Shown in pieces: positions 11,078 to 23,650 of a stretch of DNA of 64,000 nucleotides (position 1 is its first letter; each line of letters opens with the position of its first letter). The notes under the pieces are model-generated. The model had not been told where the DNA came from. It ran no database searches and worked only from the letters and a program-made list of their open reading frames with translations. The stretch comes from Haplodiscus bocki (taxonomy: Eukaryota), in assembly GCA_965655095.1 (NCBI GenBank), contig OZ296651.1, positions 67,332,001 through 67,396,000 of the forward strand. The letters are read 5' to 3'. The position numbers were made by a program, and so were the translations under genes.

Positions 11078-11739
11078 GACAAAAGAATTCATCCATATAA
11101 CACACGATGAATACTCATTGTTTGTAGCAAGCAAAATCTCAAACTACAACCACACTTTCGTGAACCCCAATCACACTAGAACTAGGAATCCGGAAACTCG
11201 TGCAAAAAAATAATCTCAAAAACTCAATCGATACTCCTCAAGATTTCCCAAAAGTATCAGAATGAGCGCAAAAGAATTTGAAAACAAGGCGCGGCAAAGC
11301 AGCAACGAGTACTGTCTCTGACGCCAAACGAATCGAGGACGCAGCGACAGCTGTGAAGTCAGAACATGTTATTTTAGAACTTTTCTCTTGCGGGTTGAGT
11401 GCCGGCAAGGTCGAGCGAGTCCCAGAAATCCTTACAAAAATCAGCAATAGTGAGCATGTTTCTAACAACAACGTTTCTGGGAGAATATGCCTAAACGACA
11501 CAGACACAGGATTGGCAGTTTTAGATTTTCTTTTCAATTTCTAAATACCTACTAAAAAGATTGACGATTTAAGCCCGGACTTGGTGAGACGGTTGCGTTT
11601 ACCAGATTATCTTCTCGCAAACCTTTTTGTTATGAAAGTGGCGTCATAAATGAAAAGTAGCTGAAACGAAGACAATGAAAACCCATTCAAATCATATCTT
11701 GGACCCAATATTGAACACGCCAAATGGCTGCGTCTATAA
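11061..11739 (+). pseudogene. Polinton ORF remnant of unknown function preceding the integrase
   Basis: MASSSRTKEF start, ILELFSCG...EILTKISNS...LAVLDFLFNF, ending KWLRL*; interrupted by stops and frameshifts. Confidence 0.45.
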
Positions 11740-12034
11740 TGAAGTAAACAACCACAACTGTCAAAATCATCCTACGGTTCGGGCGGCAGTTTTAGTTTAT
11801 CATGGTTAAACGACGAAAGAAACGCGCCAAAAATACAGTTGTGACAACTGTCAAAAACCTTTCAGAAAAGGATCTCGAAAAAAACCTTCCATTTGTTTCA
11901 ACGTTTGCGGTTGGGTTCATGACAAATGCAGTGGTTTGAAAACTGTAACCGAGTACGAGAGATATAGAGGGGAGAATTTCTTGTGTTCAAAGTGTTCAAG
12001 ATCGCGTCGGTTGGTTCCAGGACTCAAGAAACGA

Positions 12035-13032
12035 TAGCATACAGTAAGCTACATAACATATACACGTCCTGTCAAAATCCTGCCTCCTTTGGAAGTCGGA
12101 GTTCCCTAACGAAGGAGTCAAATTGCACCTTCAAACAAGTTGACGATTTCCTACGAAAAAGTGAAACCTACACAAACTTTGAACATGCTCGCTGAAACAT
12201 CACAAGACTAAAAGTTCGAAGTTACTGACACAATGAAATCTGGCCAATTTATTTGGCTGATATGCCGCAGCTCTTGGAGTCCAATCAGGGAATAACGTTT
12301 CTTTTCGTTGCAATGGATACACTCAGCCGATTCGTGAGGGTTTTTCCGTTTAAACGGAAAACAGCAGCAGCCTGTTGACAAGCTCTGATTGATGTCAATG
12401 TGGGCAATAGACGGCGTTCTAAAGTTTTGCGATCTCAGTCCTGCGGTGGATCTAGGCATGTATAACCAAGCCCGGAAAAAAATTGGGTAGAAAGGCCGGG
12501 AAATTGCACGCGAGTTTGCCAACTTTTGTCAACAATCGGGCATTCATATCCATTCGACTTGTAGTGAAACCAAATCGGTGTCTGCTGAAAAGAACAATAG
12601 ATCAATCAAAGCTCTAATTTTGAAAAATCGTCACGGAAACAACACTGAAGTGTATCATGAACAATTACAAGCATTGGTTGACATCATCAATTCTAGAATC
12701 AACCGAGTCATCAAGTTGGCGCCAAACCAGATGAAAAACTCTAACGAAACGTTTCTAGTATCCTTACAAGTTTGTAGTGCCATCAAAAACCAAAATTTAA
12801 ACTCGGACAAAACGTTCGCATTCGGCATAAAACAGATCTTTTTCTTCGTGGATATCGCATCCAATTTACTGAAGAGGTATTCCATATTGCAGCAGCGGAA
12901 ACACTGAATCCCCCCAGTTGTTCACTCAGCGATTGCAATATTCAGTTGACTCAAGGAAAATTCTACGAGAACGAGCTATTAGGATTCGAGAAAGACAACG
13001 AGCAGACCACCCAAAAAATTGCTATAAGGTGA
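12035..13032 (+). pseudogene. Polinton retroviral-type (rve) integrase
   Basis: PASFGS, LADM, VAMDTLSRF, STCSETKSVSAEKNNRSIK, NSRINR..KLAP, PKFKLGQNVRI, FTEEVFHI and GKFYENEL across several frameshifts. Confidence 0.9.
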
Positions 13033-13035
13033 AAG

Positions 13036-14025
13036 ATGAGTCAATAGCAAAGTTTCACCTTTAACTTGGTCTCTAACTCTTCCAAGTCAACGTTTCCCGA
13101 TAACACGCTCGCTAAATTCACAACCTTACTGCCACAATCCCTGGTCCTCCGCGGTACATGGGAGATTGCTTTGGTGGAGTTACCATGGCCCGGCTTCTTT
13201 GAAAACGTGACCGGTCTGTTCAGTTATCAACTTAATCAAAATGAACAAAACCGTGATAGATCAAAACAAGAAACTATTGTTGAGCGGCCGCGTTTTCGGT
13301 AACGGGATGGTTTCCGTGTATGTTTCCAGGAAACTGCTGAAACGGAACAGTTCTACGCTTGAATAAGAATTTTCAGCAGAGAAGTTTTTTGCATAACGAA
13401 AAGCCGTTACAGTTCGCTCAACTCTATCCTCCAATCCATGTGCGACAACCTCTGCAGCAGTTTTGGCTGGGATCTCAGTCAATTGCCACTGAGCTGGAAT
13501 AACTGCGAAGCATCCCAGTTACTGGACCTCAAACTCAGAACGACTTCAAATAAAGAAAAGAAAAAAATTCGACTCAAAGCCGTTTCCAAAGCTTTGAAAA
13601 ACACTCGGTTTGGAATATTTAGTTGACTGTAGTCAAACGAATGATGACGCCAAACAGCCTGAAGTAAGTCATGGTTTAGAGGTCTCGCATGACTGTGAAA
13701 ACCCAAACAAGTTGAAAGACGCGGCGAAATGAGCGTGCAAATTGGTAACTATCCTGTTGATTTAACAGCAGGATGTTACACTATGTTTGTTTACTGTGAT
13801 TTGGTTCAAAACGAAATACTCGGAGACACACAAGCAACACCACTCAGGGCCGTACCACTTGGTGACAACAAAAAACAGCGAATGTTCAGCAGAATTCAAT
13901 GGCGTCGAGTGATAGAGTCTTCAATTCATTCATTAACCATTGCTCATCGAAATGACGCAGGCGGTCTCTTTTTTTTCAGTCCAGGAAGAACAAACTTGAC
14001 GTTGTAATTTAGACTAACAAAATAA
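13036..14025 (+). pseudogene. Polinton minor capsid protein (penton)
   Basis: N-terminal LVSNSSKSTFPDNTLAKFTTLLPQSLVLRGTWEIALVEL and C-terminal MFVYCDLVQNEILGDTQATPLRAVP...GRTNLTL. Confidence 0.85.
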
Positions 14026-14176
14026 ATTCCAGCGCAACAGACCAAGATTTTTGCTTTCATTGTGTTTGTTGTAGTCTTCCTTCTTAGCTACAGCGTGCTT
14101 TTTTCTAAACTTCGCTAATTTCCTCAATCTCTAAAATGGAAGTTAGATGAAGCAGTCGTGCTCCTTGTAGGCAGCT

Positions 14177-14204
14177 TCCATCCATCCATCCATCCATCCA
14201 TCCA
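14177..14204 (+). repeat. (TCCA)7 microsatellite
   Basis: Seen directly. Confidence 0.95.
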
Positions 14205-14322
14205 ACTAACAGAAACATTTGTCCGTTCATAATCTGTAACAAGAGCCCGTCGCAGAACAGCATCTTCTCTACTGTGGTCGTTGGGAAAAGAAACAAGGAG
14301 GTAAAAAGAATGAGATAGATTA

Positions 14323-14914
14323 ATGTATGCTCACTTTGCCAATCAAATCTGGCAAAAGACGGTTCGAACTCCCAATGTAGTCACTTTGAGCGGGCCTGCG
14401 CGTCAGTATGGATCTGGAGGATTGGGTGTCTTCGCCATGCGTATGAGCCGCGTGGCGATGCCTTTGGTGAAACAGTACGTGATACCTGTGGCCAAAGAAT
14501 TTTGAAAGAATTTATTATCGGCATTTGTGCCGAAATCTCAAACGCTATCTCGGGTACTAAAAGACCAAAGACTGTGCTGGGGGGGAACTTGAAAAAAGCG
14601 CTTCAAAACCATTGCTGCGACCACCTCTGCCGCCGGTTCTTCAAAAAGACTTAATGATCGCGCATATGCATAAAGAACCAATCGTAAGTGTATCTGAGAT
14701 TGTGCAACCGATTGCCACGCCGCGGCGGTTGGCGTGGGACAGAGCGGCCGGGCGATGGCCGAGCGATGGAGCCAGCAGGCAGCGGGCGGGGAGCGGGCCG
14801 TCATCTGGGTGGCGAACACGAGACAAAAAAGTGGAAGAAGTCATTGACAGGAAAAAGCTTGCTGCCAGAAGTCGGTCCGACATACTCTCTGGTGTGGCGT
14901 TCAACACCAAATGA
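14323..14914 (+). pseudogene. Small basic virion core-like protein (adenovirus pVII/pX-like)
   Basis: SGPARQYGSGGLG followed by an amphipathic segment (MPLVKQYVIPVAKEF), with an Arg/Gly-rich tail ending RSRSDILSGVAFNTK. Lies between penton and major capsid genes. Confidence 0.6.
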
Positions 14915-16313
14915 ATAACCTGATTGGCAAGCATCACATAACGAAGGAAGGAGTGATGAATACCAGCAGTAGCAACCAAAACCTCTAGTTTGGAGCCTCA
15001 AGTGAAATTGCAAATCCCGTCACCCACAGCGCTCTAGACTTTGAAAGACTGTCGGTACTGATAAGTTACGACGCAACCTTCGATCAAGAAGTCTTTCCTC
15101 ATGTATATTGCGGAGGGCCCCGATTTGATTTTTTTGTCACATCAGACACTAAAAACTGCATTGATTTGAACAGAATTTGTTTGGGATAGGACGTAAATTT
15201 ATACAGCGCGGATGTAAAAGATGCTGCAACACTAACAATTTACTTTTTGCAACAACAAGCTACACTCTTTGTTTTCACACGTTGAATTAGTTCTGAACGG
15301 CAAATTGATATCCAGTAGCAACAACAACTACCATCACGCTGCCTTTGTCGAAACAGAATTAACAACAGACCTAGTTAGCTAAAGGACAAGGACCGTTTGC
15401 CACGGCTACCGTTATCGAGGAAACAAAGAAAAAAATCCAAAAGTGAAAATTAAAAGTATGCAAAAGTTTGCTGATAATGGTACCTGCTCATTTTACCTCT
15501 ATGAAGCTCCACTTGTTGAATTTTTGGGTTGCGAGCGGTTTCTACTGCCAGGCGTGACACTTCACTTGCGCCTCTATCGATCGCCCAACATTTGCGCTTT
15601 GCAAAATTTGACCGATTTGGATGCAGGTGCAATTAAAAGTCCTGATAAAAAACCGTCCGTTGTTGTAATTGAAAAAGGGTCCCTGTTTGTAAACAAAATT
15701 GTCTTGTCGGATACCGTGAAACTTAGCTTTGAACGGACGCTCACGAAGAGTTGTTCGGTATATCCGTACATTGAAAGTTCAACAAAAAATTTTATGATAC
15801 AATCCGGACAGAATTGCTTTGTGAAAAACATCCTTGACAGTGAGCCCATTAGTCATTTAACAATGTGCACGGTTAGGAATCGTTTTTTTTTCGCGGACCA
15901 ACGACGGCTTCAACGCCCTTCACTTTTGAAAAATTTGACCTGCAAAAGGTCGAGTTAGTGAGAGGAAACGGTTTACCAATAACGGGGACGCCATTGGATA
16001 CATCTAACGACACACGTTTGTTTTACAATACCATAACAGCTGCGGGATTCGAACGTGGCGGCAACAGCATCATTACCTTGCAAGACTATCAGGGTAACCA
16101 TTTCTATCTAGTTTTCGACCTAACATCAACAAGAGAAGCTAGCAAAAGTTTGATACTTTTCGCAAAGTGACAGGAGCAGGAATATCATTGAAATTGTTTT
16201 TCAGCTAAGCTTTACATGAGGCAGTCGAGTTATTTCCAGTTGGAGAAAGATTCAGTCAAGTTTTTGACAATTCTCGAAATATTTCAAAGAACTCGCCGTT
16301 GGCCATTAGATAA
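14911..16313 (+). pseudogene. Polinton major capsid protein (double jelly-roll)
   Basis: NNKLHSLFSHVELVLNGKLISSSNNNYHHAAFVETEL, FLLPGVTLHLRLYRS, YPYIES, GNGLPITGTP and FYLVFDLT, with several stops and frameshifts. Confidence 0.88.
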
Positions 16314-16940
16314 CTTTAGTTTAATTCAATTGGCGGACAACTGCTGTCCCAAACGTTTCAAAACAGTTATTGGTGTGGCTTCGTTTGACAACTCCTTTTC
16401 GGATCGGGACTTTGAGGAATTACTAAAAACTCCTGTGACAGCTGGCCAAAAATAAATCTATCAAATTGTAAACAGTGCAGCCCAGACAGAACGGGATGGC
16501 ATTGAGTTTGGCTGTCATACATTTTAAGTGATCCTTCAAAAAAGCATGCTCTATGGTCTAGTGCTGCAGTAAAAACGAATATACTATGGGATCCTCTCGG
16601 TGAGCCCATCAAAAGTGACAAAAAATACAAAAACGATTAGCTGCCTTTTCATCGAGACCGATCAGAGCATTTGAGATGATTTTCCTTATGCAAAACCCCA
16701 GTTCTAAGTTGTGCGGACTGTACTGTTTGTTTAAGGCCCACTACTTTTATGAAATTCACTTTGCTGAAAACGTCTCTACGTTCTTTTGTAAATGAAGGAA
16801 AAGCTTCACATCAAAAATACAATATTTCACCAAACAATCCCTTTCCAAACTAACAACTGCTTCGGAGATTGACATTGTACGTTATTTCAATTTGTATTGT
16901 AAATGTAATTTTGGATATAAGGTTTCTTATACTCAGAGTA
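16306..16940 (+). pseudogene. Adenain-family (adenoviral-type) cysteine protease
   Basis: IVNS...GWH*VWL (catalytic His), WDPLG (Asp) and QNPSSKLCGLYCLF (Gln and catalytic Cys) in the expected order. Confidence 0.85.
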
Positions 16941-18122
16941 ATTTTGATAAATAAATTTTCCTACTAATTGTCAGTGTCACTTCTATCACTATAGAGAACA
17001 AGTTTACATCTTCTATTGGCGGACGCTGAAATATCATCGTTACTAGCACTATCACGGAAATTTTCATCACCATCATCAACAATCGACTCTAACGCCTCTC
17101 ACTCAATGAAAGGACACGTATTGCTGGGTTCAACCTGTTCAGCTTCTGCGACCACTTCATCGAGACGGTCCAATTCAATGCAATGCTCATCCTTATCGAT
17201 GTCTCAGTAGGGAGGTTGCTGGAAACCAGCATCCGGAGGCGCTGAAATTCACGAATCTTTGAATTCCAGAGAAATGAAAACCAATGATGAGAAAGAGCAA
17301 TTCAATCTTTCTAACAAAAACAGTCGTGATGTTGCACGAAAGAGTGTAAAGTTGGCGGAGTTGCGCGTTGGCTTTCATCTACGTCTGTGTCACTTGAAGC
17401 ATTGTTGGAGTAGTAGGAATTTTTATTATCACTTCCATCATCGCTTTCACTGAGCAGCGGGGAAACGTCGGATTCTGAGAAACACAAAGAAAAATTTATC
17501 AAGGTTTTAGACTGTGAACGTTACCACAAAATGTGAAAAAGAGATTAACCACTGCAGCTTGACTGTCCCTCAATTTTGTAAAGGCCGTATGCGAGCGAAT
17601 AAATGCCGTCATTACCGGAAGACTGAAGTCAGCAAGTGAAAACTGCGGCCAACAAAAAACAAATAAATGAAACTCAGTGACTGTGCTTTCACATCACAAT
17701 GATCCTGCCGATTGGAGTAAGCGATTGAGATCGTCAAATCGTCCGCCATGTTCACTCGCTTGCTTCATTCATTGCGCCTGATCATAGTGACTGAAAAACG
17801 TATCATTAAAAAGAATTGAACCGATTGAAAATTTGATCTGGCGATCCGGCAGAACTGTTTGCTAGTAGAATTGATTTCAATCGGTGAATTTTTTTCAATG
17901 TTCCTCTATTTGAGCTCAATTTTATAAAATTGAGGCAAATGCGCTCTGATTTTTTTCAAATTGGTCAAATTCTTTAAATTCGTTTCGGTAAACTGGATTC
18001 CAATAAGGAATTAATTCAGAACACGATGAAGCTTGAGCATTTTCATCAGTATTGGTATATTATTCGATATTTGAACCACAGCGAAACCTTGAGTTCACTG
18101 TTTGAAATCTGTCAGAAAGTTC

Positions 18123-18246
18123 AACTAGATAAGCTGTCAAAGCTGTCATAAGGTTAAACTAGGAGTTGGTAACGTATTAAGATTGAGGAGCAATAAGTGG
18201 CTCTAACGGCACGTCCTAATATGGAAAAAGTCATGAGTGGCTCTAA
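18123..18246 (-). repeat. Right terminal inverted repeat of the Polinton-like element
   Basis: Reverse complement of 7531-7660 with few substitutions and a small indel. Confidence 0.93.
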
Positions 18247-20859
18247 TAATAAAGAGACTCATTAATCCGCTCAAGTCTGTAGAATAAACCTTCAGTATAA
18301 GTTTGCATGCTTCTCAAAAATGGAAGATCAAAAACATCAGAAAAAAATGATAGATTTTTTTTCAGAAATTGTCAAGCATTATGTTGGTGATGATTGTTTC
18401 AAAACTGAGCTAATAATTGAGAACTTTGAGACCTCTCATTTTTGATTTTTTTGACCGGAAAAATATGCAGTTTGGGTTTTTTTTACAACAAATCAACTTT
18501 TCAGAAAGTTAGACTACCGCGTAAGTTGCTTTCGCATTGAACAATTTGACTAGGTAATTCCGGGATAGGTGACTTTTAAAAACCAAAAATGAGTTAGGAC
18601 TTGATAAAAAAACTTCACTTTCCGTAACTTGAGTAATTTATACATGCAAATTGATTTATGAAAAGTTTGGAAAATTCTTAAAACTTTAAAGTTCTCTATT
18701 TTTTTCCATAAAAAAATGAAATATCCAAGTTTTCGAAGAAAATAGTTAAAAATATAGTATAAATCATTATACACAGCTCATCGCTGGAACTTTCGACGTA
18801 ATTTGACTGGGTGCATTTTTTATTGAAACTCCCCAAGAAAGAATGAGTTACCTTGATTCTGACTGAACATTGCCAGCAAAAAAAATCTGACGAACAAGTG
18901 AATGGAAACCTCTTTAAAACATTTTCCACTCACAACTCGGTGGAAATATCTGTTAACGCATGGCTACGGCTTGCCCACGGGGCTACCGAAAATTCTATTG
19001 GTTATGAGATCTTTCAGCCATACCAGTCAAAGAACAGCAACTGAAATGCAAATTGGAAGCAATATCAATTAACAGGAGAATCATAAGAGAACAATTTTTC
19101 TATTTTAGAAGCTGGTTCCAGTTTCATGTTTCATTTTCCACATGATGCGGACTCGATTCTGTAAATAAGGAGGGGCATTTAAAAAGACGCGGGACGGTGT
19201 TGAAGAAGTCTGAGCATAAAGTTACGTTGCTACCTTTTGGTATAGATAACTATGAAAATTAGGAGTCGTCTTGTGATGAGTCTGATTAGGAGTTTAAATG
19301 CTGCAATCGAAATAGCGGAGAAAACCATAGAGTTTGGTAACTTCTCTACATATAGTGTCAAAAGCTGCCGGATGCGACGGACAAACATATGACATCACTT
19401 ATAGTAACCCTTGCAGCGGGTCAATCAGACGATATTTGTCCCTATTCCAAGATGCAAAACGGCAATTACAACTTTTAAATGCAGTACTACTTAGTAGATT
19501 TTTATTAGAAAAAAGGTCGAAATTTATGTTTATGTATATAAAAAAGTTCATATAGGGTATACTAAATCCATGTAACGAAAGGAGGTATCAATGCAGAGGC
19601 GACCGTGATTACAAATAAAGTTTTGGAACGTGAACAGTAAGTTACTGGGGCTACTACAAACTTATTGAATGAAAACTCAACATCACGTCAATTCAACCAC
19701 TAGGCGCGGTGCTGGACGATTTAAAATAATGTTCAGTCAAAATATGATTCATTGACTGCTATTTGACTTGCCAAAAAAGCAGTGCAGGGAAGTAAGTCAA
19801 AAAACGGTCTTTTGACCGTTCTGTGACAGAACAAAGAAGACAACTGCTAATAATGCTATATTAGTGTGTAAAAGTGAATACGTCACAATTAGGCTTATTT
19901 GTATTGTATGATGTGAAGCGTACACTTCATTAGCCTGTGCAGTTTTATACTCAAACTATCCTTACGTGAGTTTAACACGTCCAAATCGTGTATGATCCTG
20001 CCTTGTAACTCGGGAACCACGAACAACCCCCTATGAAGAAAGGCAGGAAATGGACGGTCAAAAAGCCTACCGGTGACCTAACCAAAAAGTTTCGACTATA
20101 TTCTGTGACTGCTTTTGGCCATTATTTAAAATGGTGCTTTATACATGTGCTCTATGAAATCCTACCCAAAACGAGTGATCTCGATTGACGAAACAATCAC
20201 ATCAGACGCTAAACTACATGAACAAACCACAAGGAAGCCAATGAATCAAGAATTTGGTAACATCATGTCTTTCAGGCGATATTTTAGAAACAACAGTTAA
20301 AAGAAAAATGACGAAAGCTGTTTGACCTAGTTAAACGCGGGTCATACACGGCAAATTAACCTAACTAGGACTTTGAGCTTCAGAAAATCAATCAACGCAC
20401 TCTAACGCAACTTTTAACCGTCAAGACTGACATCTAACCATGAAAATATGCTATTCCGGCTTGAAGCATGCCTTTTCATGAATGAATATTGCAATAAAGA
20501 TAACCATATTCATATGCTAACAGTGTTTTCTTACCTTTTTTCCTAATTATGGTAAAGGTTCGAGGACGTCATGTAAAAGCAGTATACGTCCGTTGATCTT
20601 GGCTATATTTATATTTTTAGTTAAAAATGCAGTTATGATGGCATGAAATGACACACTCTGATTTGATCCAAGATTGAAGGTCACTGAAAGAGACGCAACG
20701 GTCGATAGACCCAAGGGGGAAATCTATATAAGTTCGAATGAGATCGACGACGAGCTGCTTCCAGAACTCTCTAAAGTGAGTTGGCCTTTGAAATTGTTAT
20801 TACCCTTGACTTCTTTGCAGAAACATATTTGAAGTTTTTGATTAGATTCATGGGTCGGC

Positions 20860-21420
20860 TTCACTGTCGTTTCTACGCGCAAAATTAGACAGCAAAATAT
20901 GAAGCTTCTCAGCCAATTCGATGCTGACTTAATGATAGGACGAGACAACCAGAACGCTCAAGTTGGAAGTAGAACGAGCATATCTGGTGAGAATGCGAAT
21001 CCAGATGAAGCAAATCACTCAACCACAGTTGATGGCTCTGAAGTGAATATACATACATTTGAGAGAAGCATAACTGGCAGAGTGCGTAGTGAAGTAGACA
21101 ATGTAATAGCAACGGTCGAAAGCAGAGTAGATGACACAATCTTAACTGCGCGGGAAAGTTAGGTAATTACTAGAGTGGAGTGAGCCATGAAATCGGTCAA
21201 TGCGTCTTCTGGGAGGGATACAGCAAACGTTGTCCCTGATCCAATCGAGAGAGACTTTGGAACCATCGAAGGCCTTCAAATTAACGCCTCAACTACAAAA
21301 AATTCGAACACTCACTCCAATAGGATCGCTGAGACTCGTGGTAACATCACCGTTGAGGTATGTGACTTGTCGATCCACGAAAGAAACTCTGACCGGCAAA
21401 AACACACTCCTCACACAATG
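20860..21420 (+). pseudogene. Degenerate ~185-codon ORF, probably retroelement-derived (gag-like N terminus)
   Basis: ORFs 20899 and 21187 share one frame, broken by two stops (VSTRKIRQQNMKLLSQ...ERSITGRVRSEVDNVIATVESRVDDTILTA...SVNASSGRD). The segment ends in an LTR-like TCACA. Confidence 0.4.
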
Positions 21421-22099
21421 CAAATTCTACTATCTACAGATCCCAAAAAAATTGCTGTTCATAAATCGATACGCACACAATCACATTAGGGAAGCAGTCC
21501 AGATCAGAGAAATAGAAAGGAAAATGGATAAAAAAGTAGAAAGTGAGAATCAAATCAAGACTGAGACTGAATATTACACTGAAAAGTTAACGAAACCTAA
21601 TTGATTAAAACGTTTGGTCATAGATCAAGTTAATTAGATGCAGTACAAAAATCGAGTTCTACTGTTTTATTCTAATTACTGTTTCAGTCTATTTCGGGGA
21701 AGGGATAGCTGCGCTAAATTACCACTCGTACTCGCCCTTGAGCAAAGGTTTTGTGGATGAACAGTCGACATCCTCTGGATCAGCCGAGCCAAACATTCTG
21801 GCTGTTTCGTCAAAGGAGCAATGTATGTCTTACTTGTGTCAGGATGCATGCTCTGGATTCAGAGTTAGGGTAGTTCGTCTTTTTATGATTTGCGAGCGTA
21901 CAGTATCTTTTACCGTTCCTTATATCTTGATGTTTATTGAGAAATGGCATGCAAGTAATCAAGACTTGAATTCATATTGGATGGATTTTGACGACTTTCA
22001 ATGTGGTTTACGAAGTACCCAAATATTACTGTGATGCTTAGAAAACGGCGTATTTCGTAATGGAAGGGTGAGGTTGTGTGTGCGTGTTGTGAGGTTGTG

Positions 22100-23650
22100 A
22101 GGTTGTGTCTCATCAACTGATAAAACGCAAAGATATCAAGTTTGGGTGTAACTCTTGGTCAAATTTTTGTGCTATTTTAGGGGGCTCTCAAGAGATTTGC
22201 TTAGTCACGTGACCGATAGTAAGACGCAGTTTTTACCATCAGCAGGTTATCCTTGGCCAGTTAATTTTTGTGCTAATCAACTAATTAGTGAATGAACGTA
22301 ATTGCGCCGCAAATTGCGATGGCTCGGATCATGCAACATGATAACTATGCAATTCTAGCAGCACAATTGTGCATCAATCCAATAAGGCTGAATAGGTATG
22401 AACTACCACGTAGAAATATATGCTATGTAGTAATAGTATCAAATGAAGATTCAATGAATATAGGTTGTATTGCTACTTCAGAGGCTTTATTGATGGTCGG
22501 GGCGTTGTATTGCATCCATTTTGGGCAGCTTTTTCTTCCATAGGAATTCATCAGTTCGATTAGCTGTAGTCTACAGACAAACGTTAATGCTATTCTGTTG
22601 TTAGTTAGTGTGTGTTGGTTAAGTTAGAGGGGTTCCGCTAATTGCAAAAACTCAGTTCCGTTACTTGATGACAGCAGATGCAGATATGCAGTGAGGCTGT
22701 TACAAGAACTATTTTCAAACCTTCTGATGGAAATTGATGACTCATGTAATCATAACTTGCAGCACAGATGGTGGCTTTAATCTTTCGAATTAAAACTGAT
22801 GGCGTTTAAGACCTTGTAAAGGTCAATTGGACTGGTTTTCGTACTTCCTATAGATTTATGAAAGTCTAAATCATTGTAGGAGTCAATCCTGAAGGTTTTC
22901 GTCAAATGGATGAAAATTGATGTTTTTCTAAAAGTGTGCTACAGCACTGTTATTTGGTTACACCACGCCGATGTAATCCGATCAATTTACTAATGGCCAT
23001 TGATCTGTTTTGTCATATCTCGTAGTCTCATTCATGTTCTCTTTTCAATGAGAGTTAGTTTTATGCTGCGCAGAATAGAGTAATGGGGTGAAAACAGCGA
23101 ACTGATGTTTTCCGATGAAAAATGTTTCAGGTAATTTCTGTTTTTGTCGGGCAGCCACAGAGGGCACTTGCAGTGGTTTTAGTGTTTCGGTGGGAATTGA
23201 CTGGTGTCTTTTATGTCTGTACTAGCGTATTTGAGCCTTCATCTGAATTTGTCATTTCCATGGATGTGTTTCAGCAATTGGGTGTTCGATGATGGAAAAA
23301 TTTGACAAGCTCGGCAATACTTTCTAAATAATTCATATGGTTGTTTGAATAATACATAGTCTCGTTCATACCGAGGGAAGGGGAGTAGTAGTACATAATT
23401 GCATTTATACCATTATGCGATTTCTGGCTACAGAAATTGCATTAAGGTCTTAGTTATAATAATGGCTTCATACATATGTATCATAGCGTAAGTTTCGGTA
23501 TGCAGTTGTCTCATATTTCTTCCATGCGGGCGTGTCAATCTACTTACTGTGTTGTTCATGTTTTTGCTACCAATGGTGGCATTAACATGAACAAAACAGT
23601 ATTTAGATTGAAGCAGTACTAAGAATGAAACAGTAATGAGATGTATAACA
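22100..23650 (-). mobile_element. Possible highly decayed LINE (APE + RT) remnant
   Basis: On the minus strand, in order: LHTETY (TETW-like), TDQWPL (SDH-like), KKLPKMDAI (K-PG-DGI-like), D.SKSLES (DLSKAFD-like). All matches are weak. Confidence 0.3.

Larger units (their letters stand above)
7531..18246 (+). mobile_element. Polinton/Maverick (adintovirus-like) endogenous viral element, decayed, no pPolB detected
   Basis: Terminal inverted repeats enclose co-oriented ATPase, rve integrase, minor capsid, core-like protein, major capsid and adenain protease remnants, which is the Polinton gene set. Confidence 0.92.

Noticed and set aside
11490-11515. NDTDTG as a possible pPolB YxDTDS motif
   Set aside because: No preceding Tyr, no other PolB motifs, and it lies in a short unrelated ORF.
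14641-14979. Overlapping minus-strand and alternative-frame ORFs in the GC-rich patch
   Set aside because: Shadow frames of the Arg/Gly-rich core-like gene.
19250-20600. Possible BEL/Pao RNase H-integrase remnant
   Set aside because: Only faint echoes such as LFQDA; too degraded to support.
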